57,112 nt of DNA from Bdellovibrionota bacterium (lineage in GTDB: Bacteria; Bdellovibrionota_C; UBA2361; CALJRW01), in NCBI GenBank assembly GCA_041740355.1, contig JBGSMD010000054.1:1-57112 (forward strand). Direction: 5' to 3'. The notes beneath the pieces were generated by a model, which was not told where the DNA came from, searched no databases, and saw only the letters and a program-made list of their open reading frames with translations. Shown one piece after another: positions 18,639-29,684 of the stretch (positions within the stretch are counted from its first letter, which is position 1; every line of letters begins with the position of its first letter). A program made the translations under genes and the position numbers.

Positions 18639-19853
18639 ATGTCCCACACCCCCAAACTTTTCGAGAATGAAGTTAAAGCGCAGTTTCAACCACTGGCAGA
18701 AAAACTTCGTCCGGTAAGCTGGGAACAGTTTCTGGGATTAGAAAAAATTAACAAGCAACTTTGGAATCGTTTGCAAGATGTTTCTAAACGTCCCCCCTCC
18801 TTAATTCTATGGGGCCCTCCAGGATCTGGAAAGACAACCTTAGCTAGAATTATTGGAAAGACTCATCAATTACCTTTTTATGAACTCTCAGCGATTTTTT
18901 CTGGAGTAAAAGATTTACGAGCCATTCTTAGTGAATCAGAAAGGCACACCTCCCCTAGTCTATTATTTATTGATGAGATTCATCGCTACAATAAAGCACA
19001 ACAAGATGCTTTCTTACCTTATGTAGAAAAAGGGCGTGTAATTTTAATTGGAGCTACAACAGAAAATCCTTCCTTTGATCTAAATCAAGCTTTGCTCTCC
19101 CGTTGTCAGGTATTACAATTACCAAGCATTGAAGAAAAAAATCTAAAAGCAATTTTAGAAAAAGCCGCTGAATATTTAAAGATTGAATTTGAACCTGAAG
19201 CTGAAGCAGGAATTTTAAGTTATTCTCTTGGTGATGCCAGAAGACTTTTAAATTTAATTGAAAATTTAAGTTTTACTGGGGAAACAAAAATTAGTTCTCA
19301 GCTTGTAACAGACACAATTCAAAACAGTACTACGTTTCGTTATGATAAAGACGGAGAAGAACATTACAACTTAGCGTCTGCCTTTATTAAAAGTTTACGA
19401 GGTTCAGATTTACAAGCAGCGATGTACTGGGGATTTCGGATGTTAGAAAGCGGCGAAGATCCAAAATTCTTAATTCGCCGGATGATGATTTTTGCTAGCG
19501 AGGACATTGGTAATTTAAAACCAAATGCACTGGTACTTGCTGTTAGTACACTGCAAGCCTATGAAAATTTAGGAATGCCTGAAGCTCGGATACCAATTGC
19601 CCAGTGCATTGAATATTTAGCAACTGCCCCCAAAGGAAATTCTAGCTACATGTTAATGCATCAGGCCTTAAGCATTATTAGGCAATGTCCCAATGAAGCT
19701 GTTCCACTAAAACTTAGAAATGCCCCGACAAAATTAATGAAAAGTTTTGGATATGGTGAGGGGTACAAGTACCCACATGATCATGGAGGCTTTATTGCTG
19801 GCGAAGATTACTTACCGCCTAAAGTTAAAAAAGCTTTTAATAAAGACAACTAG
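18639..19853 (+). CDS. rarA: Replication-associated recombination protein RarA/MgsA
   Basis: GPPGSGKTT, DEIHRYNKAQQD, ATTENP, SAFIKSLRGSD, YKYPHD. Confidence 0.95.
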   Translation: MSHTPKLFENEVKAQFQPLAEKLRPVSWEQFLGLEKINKQLWNRLQDVSKRPPSLILWGPPGSGKTTLARIIGKTHQLPFYELSAIFSGVKDLRAILSESERHTSPSLLFIDEIHRYNKAQQDAFLPYVEKGRVILIGATTENPSFDLNQALLSRCQVLQLPSIEEKNLKAILEKAAEYLKIEFEPEAEAGILSYSLGDARRLLNLIENLSFTGETKISSQLVTDTIQNSTTFRYDKDGEEHYNLASAFIKSLRGSDLQAAMYWGFRMLESGEDPKFLIRRMMIFASEDIGNLKPNALVLAVSTLQAYENLGMPEARIPIAQCIEYLATAPKGNSSYMLMHQALSIIRQCPNEAVPLKLRNAPTKLMKSFGYGEGYKYPHDHGGFIAGEDYLPPKVKKAFNKDN

Positions 19854-19856
19854 CAA

Positions 19857-21398
19857 CTATAAGTTAGCAATAAAATCTGGCACTTTTCCTTTAGGGTAAA
19901 TTGCTCTCCATAAATCATCTGCAACATCTGTCACTTTTCGTAGCTCTGTTTCTCTAATTTTGAGCCCATGTCCAGAATGCTTTAACTTTTCTAATTCTTC
20001 AATTTTAGCAGCTCGATCTTCACATTCTTTAGTTAATGCACTGAGTACCCATTTTGATTTTGTAAGTGGTAATAAATTAAAAGCATGTGGCGCCATTTGA
20101 TCCCGACGATGAGATCTGCGCTTCATTAAAATCTTGCCAACTTGGTCTGAGGTCTCAGGAGAAACCGCCAACTTAATTAAAGTTTCAAAAACTTCAGAAT
20201 TCTCTGTTGAACCTAATTCTTGAATTACCTTTTGATAATCAGATTCAGTTGCTTGCGAACGAGCAAATGCCAGTCGAAGAATACTAACATTAAAAGGATC
20301 TAGTTGATCAGAATTAAATTTAATCTGCCGATCTTCTATTTTCCAATAGTTGGGATCGTTAGTTATCATCGTTAAAGTAGTAATAGGATTATTTAAGCTC
20401 AGTAATAATGGAAATCGATCCTTAGGTAATAAAGTATCCTTAGCTATTCTAATAAGAATTTGTGATTCAGGTGGAGATTCTGAAGAGCCAACTAGAACTC
20501 TGGCGATTTGAGAAAGATTATTTGTAAAATTTAAAACCTTTTTTTCATCGTGCCAAAATCGAGTTTGTAGCGAACAAATTATTTGTAAAGCTACTTTTCT
20601 CGCTTCCGGAGTAATTTGAGAACTATAAGCACTAATTATCGGAAGTAACTCAGTAAGATTAAAGAATCGTCCCTCCCTTACTTCAGTAGACCCGTTTAAA
20701 TAATAATCTAAGCTTGTATTACAGCTATTTTGAAAATCATATTGCCAGACGATCTTTGGTGGCATAATCTTAGCAAAGTATTCTAAAGCTTCTGGAAATT
20801 TTAAAGTAGCAAATAAAAAACCACTTCCGATCTCGTGCGAAAAGTAAGCCAATTTAAGGTCATCGTTACGATCATTATTACGATAATTAACTGCAAGAAT
20901 ATACTTACAAAATGCTTTGGTGTCTTCGGGATTACTTTTAACTTTTAAGTTATGTTGGGGATTTAACTCTGTAATCTTCTTCCAATTAATTGGCTGAGCA
21001 TCAAGTTCTTGATTAATAACAGTTACTAAAGATTGATGTGCAGGACCAGTTTGTTCAGCAAGAATTATTGCGGCATCGTCATAATAAAATTTAATTCTAT
21101 GACGGGGGTTTTCTTTGGTCACAATACTCAGTGCTGATTCTAGCTCTTTCTGAAAGTCACCTCCCTGACTTAATGCCATGACACTAGCTAAGTAGAATAC
21201 GGCTTTGTAATGAAGCTCATTTCCTAGAAAGGATTGGACTTTTGGAACCAAGGACTTTGCTAAATCTTTATCCCAAATGTGAAGATTGGTTAAACGCTCA
21301 AGTAGACTGGGCAATTTTGCTTTAATTAGTGAGTCCAAAACCTTTGGATTGGTCGTTAATACTCTAGCTAAATTTTGATGTACGGCATCCCCACTCAT
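19857..21398 (-). CDS. Hypothetical helical protein
   Basis: 513-aa open frame, no recognised motif. Confidence 0.6.
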   Translation of the reverse strand: MSGDAVHQNLARVLTTNPKVLDSLIKAKLPSLLERLTNLHIWDKDLAKSLVPKVQSFLGNELHYKAVFYLASVMALSQGGDFQKELESALSIVTKENPRHRIKFYYDDAAIILAEQTGPAHQSLVTVINQELDAQPINWKKITELNPQHNLKVKSNPEDTKAFCKYILAVNYRNNDRNDDLKLAYFSHEIGSGFLFATLKFPEALEYFAKIMPPKIVWQYDFQNSCNTSLDYYLNGSTEVREGRFFNLTELLPIISAYSSQITPEARKVALQIICSLQTRFWHDEKKVLNFTNNLSQIARVLVGSSESPPESQILIRIAKDTLLPKDRFPLLLSLNNPITTLTMITNDPNYWKIEDRQIKFNSDQLDPFNVSILRLAFARSQATESDYQKVIQELGSTENSEVFETLIKLAVSPETSDQVGKILMKRRSHRRDQMAPHAFNLLPLTKSKWVLSALTKECEDRAAKIEELEKLKHSGHGLKIRETELRKVTDVADDLWRAIYPKGKVPDFIANL

Positions 21399-21546
21399 TA
21401 GATTAAGTTATGCTAAATCTGAACCCTAATCAAAATTAGTTTAAGGTCGGTGAAAAAGCCGTGCTTTGTCTTTTGATGGGACAACTTTTACCTTTTGCCT
21501 TAAAGCTAATAAATCTGGTAACCTGCCCTAAAAATATGATTTTTAG

Positions 21547-23037
21547 ATGCTAAAAGAGAATTGGAGAACAATTAGTAGAATCGAACGGATGGCAGATGCC
21601 TTGATCTGTATACTGTCATTCTATTTTTCGTACTACTTTCGGGATTTCCTAACGCTAATCAATAAATATTTCCCAGAATCAACCATTCCTTACAAAGAAC
21701 TTGCTCCGATTCAAGAATACTTCTTAATTCTACTTGTTGCCCTGATTACTCAAACTTTAGCTTTGAACCTTTTTCGTGCTTACAGCAGTATGCGTCTTCG
21801 GACTTACTGGAGCCTGTTAAGAACATTTATTTTAAGTAGCACCTTAATCTTCGTGACTATTGTTGTTGTGTTATTTCTATTTAAAATTGAAATTAGTCGA
21901 AGTTTTATTGCAATTTTTTGTACTAGCTTAACTTGTTTTTTAAGTATTGAACGTGTGATCGTCCTTAAACTACTCCGTTATTATCGCAGTAAAGGATTTA
22001 ATTACCGTAATATTATTATTTGTGGGCTAAACCATCAGAGTTTACATTTGATTAGCGAAATTCATAAACGTCCCGAACTGGGAATAAGGATTAGAGCATT
22101 TGCAAATTTAAATGATGATTTACTTGATTCGGGCCGTGAATCAATAACCTTTCGGGATGAACTAAAAAAACAAAATCTCCCTTACCGTCGAAGAATTATT
22201 CAAGGCATCATGGGATTAAAATCTGCCTTAACGAAAAATGCTATCGATGAAATTATTTTTACTGATCTTAGTTGCTCCCTACCAAAAGTCGAAGAAGTAA
22301 TGTTGGCAGCTACAGAGCAAGGAGTTCGCACTAGTATTGCTGCTGACTTTTTTAGTATCGGCTTAACTAAATCAGCAATTAGTAATTTTGGATCCATTCC
22401 ATTAATCCATTTTCAGCCTCCACCTGGAGATCGTTGGGAGTTAGTAGTCAAAAGATTAATTGATATTATCATCGCAGGGCTCCTACTTTTAATTTTATCA
22501 CCGCTCTTTGCTGTGATTGCGATTTTAATTAAGCTCAGTTCGCCAGGACCAGTTCTTTTTGTTCAGAAAAGAGTGGGACTAAATGGCCACCTTTTTAACA
22601 TGCTCAAGTTTCGCTCGATGAAGTTAAATGCTGAACAGGAACTTGCTAAATTAAAATCTGCAAACGAAATGACAGGTCCTGTTTTTAAATTAACGAACGA
22701 TCCTCGAGTGACTGGGATTGGAAAATTCCTTAGGAAGCATAGCCTCGATGAGCTTCCACAATTCTGGAATGTTTTTACCGGAGAAATGAGCTTGGTCGGT
22801 CCCAGACCACCAATACCAAATGAGGTTAATACCTATACACGGAATTACCGCCGTCGTTTATCGATGAGACCAGGGCTAACTTGTACTTGGCAAGTAAGTG
22901 GTCGAAATGACATTAAAAATTTTGAAAACTGGGTCAAGTTAGACTTAGAATACATTGATAATTGGTCCCTCTGGCGAGATATCTGGTTGGTTTTTAGGAC
23001 TATTCCGGCTGTGCTTTTTGGGAAGGGTGCTAGGTAG
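21547..23037 (+). CDS. Polyprenyl-phosphate sugar phosphotransferase (WcaJ/WbaP-like priming glycosyltransferase)
   Basis: N-terminal TM segments; KRLID, KFRSM, SLDELPQFWNV, GEMSLVGPRP, PGLTCTWQVSGR. Confidence 0.93.
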   Translation: MLKENWRTISRIERMADALICILSFYFSYYFRDFLTLINKYFPESTIPYKELAPIQEYFLILLVALITQTLALNLFRAYSSMRLRTYWSLLRTFILSSTLIFVTIVVVLFLFKIEISRSFIAIFCTSLTCFLSIERVIVLKLLRYYRSKGFNYRNIIICGLNHQSLHLISEIHKRPELGIRIRAFANLNDDLLDSGRESITFRDELKKQNLPYRRRIIQGIMGLKSALTKNAIDEIIFTDLSCSLPKVEEVMLAATEQGVRTSIAADFFSIGLTKSAISNFGSIPLIHFQPPPGDRWELVVKRLIDIIIAGLLLLILSPLFAVIAILIKLSSPGPVLFVQKRVGLNGHLFNMLKFRSMKLNAEQELAKLKSANEMTGPVFKLTNDPRVTGIGKFLRKHSLDELPQFWNVFTGEMSLVGPRPPIPNEVNTYTRNYRRRLSMRPGLTCTWQVSGRNDIKNFENWVKLDLEYIDNWSLWRDIWLVFRTIPAVLFGKGAR

Positions 23038-23205
23038 TTAGAATTATTCAAAGCACTAATATTGATAATTGCGATATAAAGCTTCTTGTTCCAGACAGCC
23101 CGTCTTCGCTTAAGCTTCGACGTGGTGCCACACACAAGGTGTGTGGCCTTGACCAATATTTCCAATGTGATAGTATTCGGCACCTCAATTTCGATTAAAA
23201 ATAAA

Positions 23206-23652
23206 ATGAATAAAACTAAATTTTTAACAAAAGAAGAAGCTTTAGCTGGCCGTAAATGGTTTCACGTAGATGCAACTGGTAAAACACTAGGAAGAATCTC
23301 AACTGAAGTTGCTATATTACTTCGTGGTAAGCATAAAACTACATATACTCCTCACAATGACTGTGGTGATTTCGTAGTTATTACTAACGCTGAGAAAGTA
23401 AAACTTACTGGCAACAAGCTTCAAGATAAAATGTATTTCAGCCATAGTGGTCACATTGGTAATCTTAGAAAGATTTCTGCTGGTGCTTTGCTTGAAAAAC
23501 ACCCGACTCGTTTATTAGAAAAAGCTATCAAAAGAATGTTGCCTAAGTCTAGACTTGGCGATCAGCTTTACACTAAACTTAAAGTTTATGCTGGTGAAGA
23601 GCACCCACATCATGCTCAGCAACCAACAAAATACGAATTTAAATATATTTAA
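23206..23652 (+). CDS. rplM: 50S ribosomal protein L13
   Basis: [35 protein letters not shown]. Confidence 0.98.
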   Translation: MNKTKFLTKEEALAGRKWFHVDATGKTLGRISTEVAILLRGKHKTTYTPHNDCGDFVVITNAEKVKLTGNKLQDKMYFSHSGHIGNLRKISAGALLEKHPTRLLEKAIKRMLPKSRLGDQLYTKLKVYAGEEHPHHAQQPTKYEFKYI

Positions 23653-23662
23653 TTAGAGACAG

Positions 23663-24055
23663 ATGAAAGGATTTGATTCACACGCAGTTGGTCGTCGTAA
23701 AGCTTCAGTAGCTCGCGTTTTCTTAAAAAGCGGAACTGGAAGTATTGTTGTAAACAAAATGGATATCAAAGAATATTTCCCACGTGAAATTCTTCAGTAT
23801 ATCGTAAAGCAACCTCTTTCTGTATTAGAAAGAACAGAGCAATATGATATCGTTATCAATGTTAAAGGTGGTGGAAAATCTGGCCAAGCTGGTGCTTGTC
23901 GCTTAGGTGTTGCTCGAGCTCTTAACATCGTAGACCCTGAGATTCGTCCAGAATTAAAACCTTACGGATTCTTTACTCGTGATTCACGTGTTGTTGAACG
24001 TAAGAAGTTTGGACGTCATAAGGCTCGTAAGAGACCACAATTCTCTAAACGTTAA
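23663..24055 (+). CDS. rpsI: 30S ribosomal protein S9
   Basis: GRRKASVARV, GGGKSGQAGA, ERKK..QFSKR. Confidence 0.98.
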   Translation: MKGFDSHAVGRRKASVARVFLKSGTGSIVVNKMDIKEYFPREILQYIVKQPLSVLERTEQYDIVINVKGGGKSGQAGACRLGVARALNIVDPEIRPELKPYGFFTRDSRVVERKKFGRHKARKRPQFSKR

Positions 24056-24075
24056 TCATACGTTTTGGGAAAAGG

Positions 24076-24114
24076 AAAAAGCCCCATACTGCAAACACAG
24101 TATGGGGCTTTTTT
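24076..24114 (+). terminator. Bidirectional rho-independent terminator
   Basis: AAAAAGCCCCATACTG-CAAACA-CAGTATGGGGCTTTTTT. Confidence 0.9.
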
Positions 24115-24170
24115 ATTGCCTAAAAAAATTATCAATAGCGATTTACTTTTGAATACCGTGAAAAACTTAG

Positions 24171-24857
24171 CTAAAAAATAAAATTTATTGAAGTGCGGAT
24201 GGCATGAATATCTCTGTCCCATTCACCCTCAAATTTAATTATCTCATACAAATAGCCAATTTCTAGACGAAGTTTTTGATAGGTTAAGTAAGGTCCAACA
24301 AATGTCCGATTGCGGTTCCAGCCAGTGGATACAATAGGCTCTGCTGAATTTAGATTATACATAATTTCATTAAAGACAGTGATACCATAAGTTTGTTCTC
24401 CGCTGGTAAGTATTGGATGACTAAGTCGTAATAAATAGCGTAATCTTTGAGAGAACCTGTTATCATCTTCGATAATACGATTTTCCAATCTTACGCGATG
24501 TATAAATGTAAAATCTTTTTTAGTATGAATGTAATTCATCTGTGGAGAAATTCGATGCTCATCAACTCGTTCATCCTCAATGCGATAGCCCGACGTGTTC
24601 CACATATAGCCTAACCAGAAACTTAGATTAGCATCGACTCGATATCCAAGGCCTGTGCTTAAAAAGACACGCTCTGTTCGACTTTCTGATAAGTTGTACC
24701 GAGGCTCAGTTTCAAGAAATAATCTATATTGACTAGTGTCTTGAAATATTGGCATATCTAAATTAACAACTGTCCAAGATTGAGAAGAGCTGTCAGCCTT
24801 AGCAGAAGGAGTTAGGCTGAAAAATAGAAATGAAATAATTAAAAAGCGAATAATCAC
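24171..24857 (-). CDS. DUF2490-like outer membrane beta-barrel protein
   Basis: Signal peptide; EHR..Q, HRVRLENR, RLRY, NRNR.FVG; terminal Phe. Confidence 0.8.
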   Translation of the reverse strand: MIIRFLIISFLFFSLTPSAKADSSSQSWTVVNLDMPIFQDTSQYRLFLETEPRYNLSESRTERVFLSTGLGYRVDANLSFWLGYMWNTSGYRIEDERVDEHRISPQMNYIHTKKDFTFIHRVRLENRIIEDDNRFSQRLRYLLRLSHPILTSGEQTYGITVFNEIMYNLNSAEPIVSTGWNRNRTFVGPYLTYQKLRLEIGYLYEIIKFEGEWDRDIHAIRTSINFIF

Positions 24858-25252
24858 AGGTGAAGCTTGCCATAATTATTGGAAAGATGGAAACACAAAG
24901 CAGGACAAGTTTATTTTTTTAGCTGTCATTATTTGGGGGCTTACTTTAATCAACAACAGAAGAGCTTCTCCTCTTGGGTAAAAGTCAACACCTTGTCTCG
25001 AAAACTGGTATAAGCTCAAGCGCGTAAAGATTGAAAGTACTCAAAGGTGTCCAGACTGAATCTATTTCTCATATACCTAAATCTCTAATTGTTAGATCAA
25101 GTAAAAATAAGGTGCAATTGCTAAGCCGTATTTTATCGCTACGCTTACTTAGGCAGAACTGTGGTCACGAAGCTTTTAGTTTTTGATAAAAATTGCTAAT
25201 GTAATGCCGATCTTATCTCAGGTAAGTTATCTGTAGATTTTAAAGTTTTATT

Positions 25253-26914
25253 ATGAATATTCTTTCAGGCTTTCCCCCGATAGCAGCTGACATCCTAGTC
25301 TTATCGATGGTTGCTCTTTCTGGTATCATGCTTGGCCGAGTAAAAATATTTGGCATCCGTCTTGGAGTAGCTGGTGTGCTTTTCTCGGGCTTGGCATTTT
25401 CACACTTTGGACTAACTTTAAATCCTCATGTCAATCATTTCTTAAAAGAATTTGGTCTGTTACTTTTTGTATTCACAATTGGTTTACAAATGGGTCCGGG
25501 ATTTTTTTCTTCTTTTAGAAAAGAAGGGATTAGATTTAATTTATATGCTGTTTTTGTTGTTCTTTGTGGTTTTTTAATTACCGTTATCGGTGCCAAGTTA
25601 ATTGGAACCCCTGTAAAAATTGCCTCTGGTCTTTTTGCTGGTGCAACAACTAATACTCCTTCCCTGGGCGCTGCTCAGCAAGCATTACAAGCTCTCCCAG
25701 AGCCCGGAGACATGGTAAATCTTGCTTCCATAGCCTACGCCGTCGCCTATCCTTTTGGAGTCATTGGTCTCATTCTATCACTGCTTATTATTAAAAGAGT
25801 TTTCTCAATTAATATCGACACGGAGAATTTGAAATTTAAGCAAGCAACGGATCATTCGATTAATGGATTGATTCGCAAGAATTTTATTATTAATAATCCC
25901 AACTTACATAACATTACAATTGGAGAATTGCCCGGCTTGAAAGAGACAGGGGTAGTCATTTCTAGAATCAAAAAAGTTGGCGAAGATTTTGTTAAGGTTG
26001 CTAACTCTGATATTAAAGTTGAGGTCGGTGACGTAATTTTAGCGGTTGGAACTAGTACTAACTTAGATAAATTTCGATTAGTTGTTGGCATAGAATGCCA
26101 AGAAAGCTTAATGAAAATGCCAAGTAATATTAGCTTTCGACGTGTCGTCTTAACGCATAATAAGCTAATCGGCAAAACTCTTTCGGAGTTAGGACTGGAG
26201 GCGATTTATGGTGTCACCGTAACTCGAATTACGCGCCAGGATATCGTTGTAACAGCTATTCCTGACTGGAAATTACAGTTTGGCGATATGTTGCAAATTG
26301 TTGGAGATGAAGAAAATCTTGCCCGAGCTGCTGACGCCTTAGGTAATTCAGTGAAGTTACTTAACGAGACCAACTTTGCCGCGATATTTTTTGGGATTAT
26401 CTTAGGTATTTTATTAGGTATGTATCCAATTAATATCTCCGGATTGCCCGCTCCAGTAAAGCTAGGATTAGCAGGTGGTCCTCTAGTAATCGCCATTCTA
26501 TTAAGTCGGATCGGAAAAATTGGTCCATTTGTTTTACACATGCCGGTCAATGCCAATACTGCCTTCCGTGAATTAGGGATACTTTTATTTTTAGCTTGTG
26601 TTGGCCTTTCTGCCGGCAAAGATTTTGTTAATATTGTATTTACTGCACAAGGTCTAAAATGGGCCATGTTAGGAATTACGATTACAATGGTTCCAACGCT
26701 AATCGCTGGCTGCGTGGCACGTAAAAAAGATAATTTAAATTATATGGCTATTTGTGGAATTTTAGCTGGATCGATGACCGATCCTCCGGCCTTAGCTTTT
26801 GCTAGTAGTATGGCTCAAGGAGATGCCCCAGCTGTTGCCTATGCGTCTGTTTATCCATTGACGATGATTTTAAGAATTGTTTCAGCGCAGCTATTAGTTT
26901 TACTGTTCATGTAG
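25253..26914 (+). CDS. AspT/YidE/YbjL family transporter with TrkA-C domains
   Basis: GLLLFVFTIGLQMGPGFF, GATTNTPSL, GSMTDPPAL, YA.VYP duplicated halves. Confidence 0.92.
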   Translation: MNILSGFPPIAADILVLSMVALSGIMLGRVKIFGIRLGVAGVLFSGLAFSHFGLTLNPHVNHFLKEFGLLLFVFTIGLQMGPGFFSSFRKEGIRFNLYAVFVVLCGFLITVIGAKLIGTPVKIASGLFAGATTNTPSLGAAQQALQALPEPGDMVNLASIAYAVAYPFGVIGLILSLLIIKRVFSINIDTENLKFKQATDHSINGLIRKNFIINNPNLHNITIGELPGLKETGVVISRIKKVGEDFVKVANSDIKVEVGDVILAVGTSTNLDKFRLVVGIECQESLMKMPSNISFRRVVLTHNKLIGKTLSELGLEAIYGVTVTRITRQDIVVTAIPDWKLQFGDMLQIVGDEENLARAADALGNSVKLLNETNFAAIFFGIILGILLGMYPINISGLPAPVKLGLAGGPLVIAILLSRIGKIGPFVLHMPVNANTAFRELGILLFLACVGLSAGKDFVNIVFTAQGLKWAMLGITITMVPTLIAGCVARKKDNLNYMAICGILAGSMTDPPALAFASSMAQGDAPAVAYASVYPLTMILRIVSAQLLVLLFM

Positions 26915-26985
26915 AAGCAGTGTACATTTCTGACTTCAAATATAACCAAGTAATGTAGACATGCAAAAAATAAATTTCTTTTGTA

Positions 26986-27112
26986 AATAGTGAGTCCTAA
27001 AAGTAGTTTCCGTAGGGAATTACTTTTAGGAGCTTACTATCCATCCCCGAAGGGATGATCAAATCATATAGTTATAGCAAAATCGGAAATTGCTTTTTGT
27101 CCTTAGAGTATA
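26986..27112 (-). mobile_element. MITE family B copy with an internal deletion
   Basis: Reverse complement matches 29685-29829 (ATAGTGAGTCCTAAAAGTAG.., ATCCCCGAAGGGAT, GGAAATTGCTTTTTGTC). Confidence 0.8.
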
Positions 27113-27160
27113 AATTACGACGCAATGAGTATGCTCAAAACTTTCGTAATTAAGGCACAT

Positions 27161-27340
27161 TATAGTGAGTCCAAAAAATAAATTACTTTAAAAAACCAAG
27201 GATCTTGCTTGGACTCACTATTTATTTTGTTTTTAGCTATCCAAACTTGGATACTTGTCTGCCATAGCTTTCTTGTCCGCCGAAGCTTTAGCGAAGGTGG
27301 GAATCCAAGATTTGCATTAGATTAAAAAAATTTACTTAGT
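27161..27340 (+). mobile_element. MITE family A copy carrying a 48-nt insert (27254-27301)
   Basis: Begins TATAGTGAGTCCAAAAAATAAATTAC; backbone closely matches 1-90; right end decayed. Confidence 0.8.
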
Positions 27341-27395
27341 AATGTTATTCTTCCTGACTTATCACTGAAAAAAATCTCAAGAGATCTGGGGCAAA

Positions 27396-28691
27396 CTATG
27401 CTTGAGAAGATAATCGAATTAATGCTGCCTTGGCATGCGCTGTTAATCCCTCAGCTTCTGCCATAGTTGCAATAGTTGGGGCAAGAATATCGATCCCCTC
27501 TTTTGTAATTTCCTGATAAGTAATTTTTCTAGTGAAACTACCAAGATTTACACCACTCCAAGCTCGTGCCGCAAAGTTAGTTGGTAGGGTATGATTAGTC
27601 CCAGAAGCATAATCCCCTGCTGATTCTGGAGTATAATTTCCAACAAAGACTGAGCCAGCAGTAGTAATAAGCTCTAAATAATCGCTAGCCTTTTCACTAG
27701 CAATAATTAAATGTTCGGGGGCATAAAAATTAATAAATTCAAAACATGACTTAGTATCGGCTAAAACAATAATGCGGCTATTTTTCAGTGACGCCGTTAA
27801 AAATTCCTGTCGGTCTAATTTAGCAGCTTGGAATTCAATTTCTTTTATAACCTCAGAAACTAAAGCTTCTGAAGTTGTCAGCATCACTACTTGACTATCC
27901 TTTCCGTGCTCAATCTGGGAAAGAAAATCAGCAGCAATAAACGAAGGCTTACCAGTTTCATCCGCAAAAATAGCTAACTCTGTAGGCCCTGCTGGTAAAT
28001 CAATTGCCACTCCTTCCTGAGCCACCATCTGCTTGGCAACATTTACATACTGGTTCCCTGGTCCAAAGATTTTATAAACTTGTGGAACTGTTTCTGTGCC
28101 ATACGCCATTGCAGCAATAGCTTGTGCTCCACCGACTTGATAAACTTCACTCACTCCACAAAGTTCTGCCGCATATAGTATTGCGGGGTGAACTTGTCCA
28201 CCTGTTGGTGGAGTACACAAAATAATTTGCTCACAGCCAGCTAGCTTGGCAGGAATAGCAAGCATTAATACTGTAGAAAATAGTGGTGCTGTTCCACCGG
28301 GAATATAAATTCCTACTTTCTGAATTGGATGATCTTTTTGCCAGCAGTTAACTCCAGGCGTTGTCTCCACTGAGACTTTAGGTGCCACCTGCGCTTGGTG
28401 AAATTTTTCAATATTAGCTTTGGCAATTTTAATTGCAGCTTTTAATTCAGGTGAAATCTTTGCGGAGGCTTGTTGAATTATCTTTGCGGGAATAGTTAAT
28501 TCTATTAAATCAACCTGATCAAATTTTTTCGAGAATTCCTTTACAGCGACATCCCCTTTAGTCTTTACGGAATTTAAAATACCTCTAACTATGTCATTAA
28601 CTCCATCATGACTTTTAACGCAACGCTCGGAGAGACTCTGCCAAAGATCTTTATTGGGAGAATAATAAATTTGAAGTTCGCTTAGGTTCAC
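27396..28691 (-). CDS. hisD: Histidinol dehydrogenase
   Basis: GIYIPGG, GPGNQYV, PAGPTE, QIEHG, APEHL, GDYASGTNHTLPT; GTGA overlap with the hemB stop. Confidence 0.96.
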   Translation of the reverse strand: MNLSELQIYYSPNKDLWQSLSERCVKSHDGVNDIVRGILNSVKTKGDVAVKEFSKKFDQVDLIELTIPAKIIQQASAKISPELKAAIKIAKANIEKFHQAQVAPKVSVETTPGVNCWQKDHPIQKVGIYIPGGTAPLFSTVLMLAIPAKLAGCEQIILCTPPTGGQVHPAILYAAELCGVSEVYQVGGAQAIAAMAYGTETVPQVYKIFGPGNQYVNVAKQMVAQEGVAIDLPAGPTELAIFADETGKPSFIAADFLSQIEHGKDSQVVMLTTSEALVSEVIKEIEFQAAKLDRQEFLTASLKNSRIIVLADTKSCFEFINFYAPEHLIIASEKASDYLELITTAGSVFVGNYTPESAGDYASGTNHTLPTNFAARAWSGVNLGSFTRKITYQEITKEGIDILAPTIATMAEAEGLTAHAKAALIRLSSQA

Positions 28692-29668
28692 TTTTCTAAC
28701 CAATCAGGTAAGTCTTTAGCAAAGTAAGTAATAATAAAGTCAGCACCGGCTCTTTTTAAACAATAAAGGCTTTCCAAAGCAACCGATTTTAAATCTAACC
28801 AACCATTTTGAGCTGCGGCATGAATCATGGCGTATTCACCACTTACTTGATAAGCACCTACAGGCAGATTTGTCATTTGTTTCAATCCAGAGAGTACATC
28901 TAAGTAATACATTCCTGGCTTAACCATTAACATATCGGCACCTTCCTCGATATCTAATTGCGCCTCAGTCTCCCACTCAGAAGATCTTCTAAAATCCATT
29001 TGATAACCTTTTCGATTTCCAAAACTTGGCGCACCTTCCGCTGCTTCGCGAAATGGTCCATACAAATTAGAAGCATATTTAATTGAATAACTAAGAATTG
29101 GAATATGACGAAATCCGGCGCTGTCTAAACCCGCACGGATGGCACTAACCATTCCATCCATCATACCTGATGGTGCAATGACATCCGCACCATGCTGTGC
29201 CATTCCAATCGCCTGCTCTGCTAATATTTCTAGAGTCTTTTCATTATCAACAGTAAGTTCTGGATCTTCACTTAAGACTCCACAATGCCCGTGGCTAGTA
29301 TATTCACAGTAACAAAGGTCAGCTGTTATCAGCACATCTAACTTTGCCTCACGGACCAATTTAGTCAGTTTATTAACGGGGTTATCAGCACGACAGGCAA
29401 TACTACCAATTGGGTCTTTATGCTCAGCTTCAATTACACCGAAGAACATGAAATTCTTTATTCCTTTCTTGGATAAATTAGAAATCTCTTCTAATGCTAA
29501 ATCAGGTGACAGTTGAAATATACCTGGCATTGAGGAAATTGGCTTTCGAAAAGCTGTTCCGTTTTTTACAAAAACTGGATAAATGAAATGATTAAGATCT
29601 AATTGAAGATCGGCAACGAAATTACGAAGCAAAGCTCCGCGACGAAGTCGTCTAGGTTCAAGACTCAT
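28688..29668 (-). CDS. hemB: Porphobilinogen synthase (Zn type)
   Basis: RPRRLR-like start, DLCYCEYTSHGHCG, APSGMMDG, MVKP, YQVSGEY. Confidence 0.97.
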   Translation of the reverse strand: MSLEPRRLRRGALLRNFVADLQLDLNHFIYPVFVKNGTAFRKPISSMPGIFQLSPDLALEEISNLSKKGIKNFMFFGVIEAEHKDPIGSIACRADNPVNKLTKLVREAKLDVLITADLCYCEYTSHGHCGVLSEDPELTVDNEKTLEILAEQAIGMAQHGADVIAPSGMMDGMVSAIRAGLDSAGFRHIPILSYSIKYASNLYGPFREAAEGAPSFGNRKGYQMDFRRSSEWETEAQLDIEEGADMLMVKPGMYYLDVLSGLKQMTNLPVGAYQVSGEYAMIHAAAQNGWLDLKSVALESLYCLKRAGADFIITYFAKDLPDWLEK

Positions 29669-29684
29669 ATTGGTTCTCTCTAAG

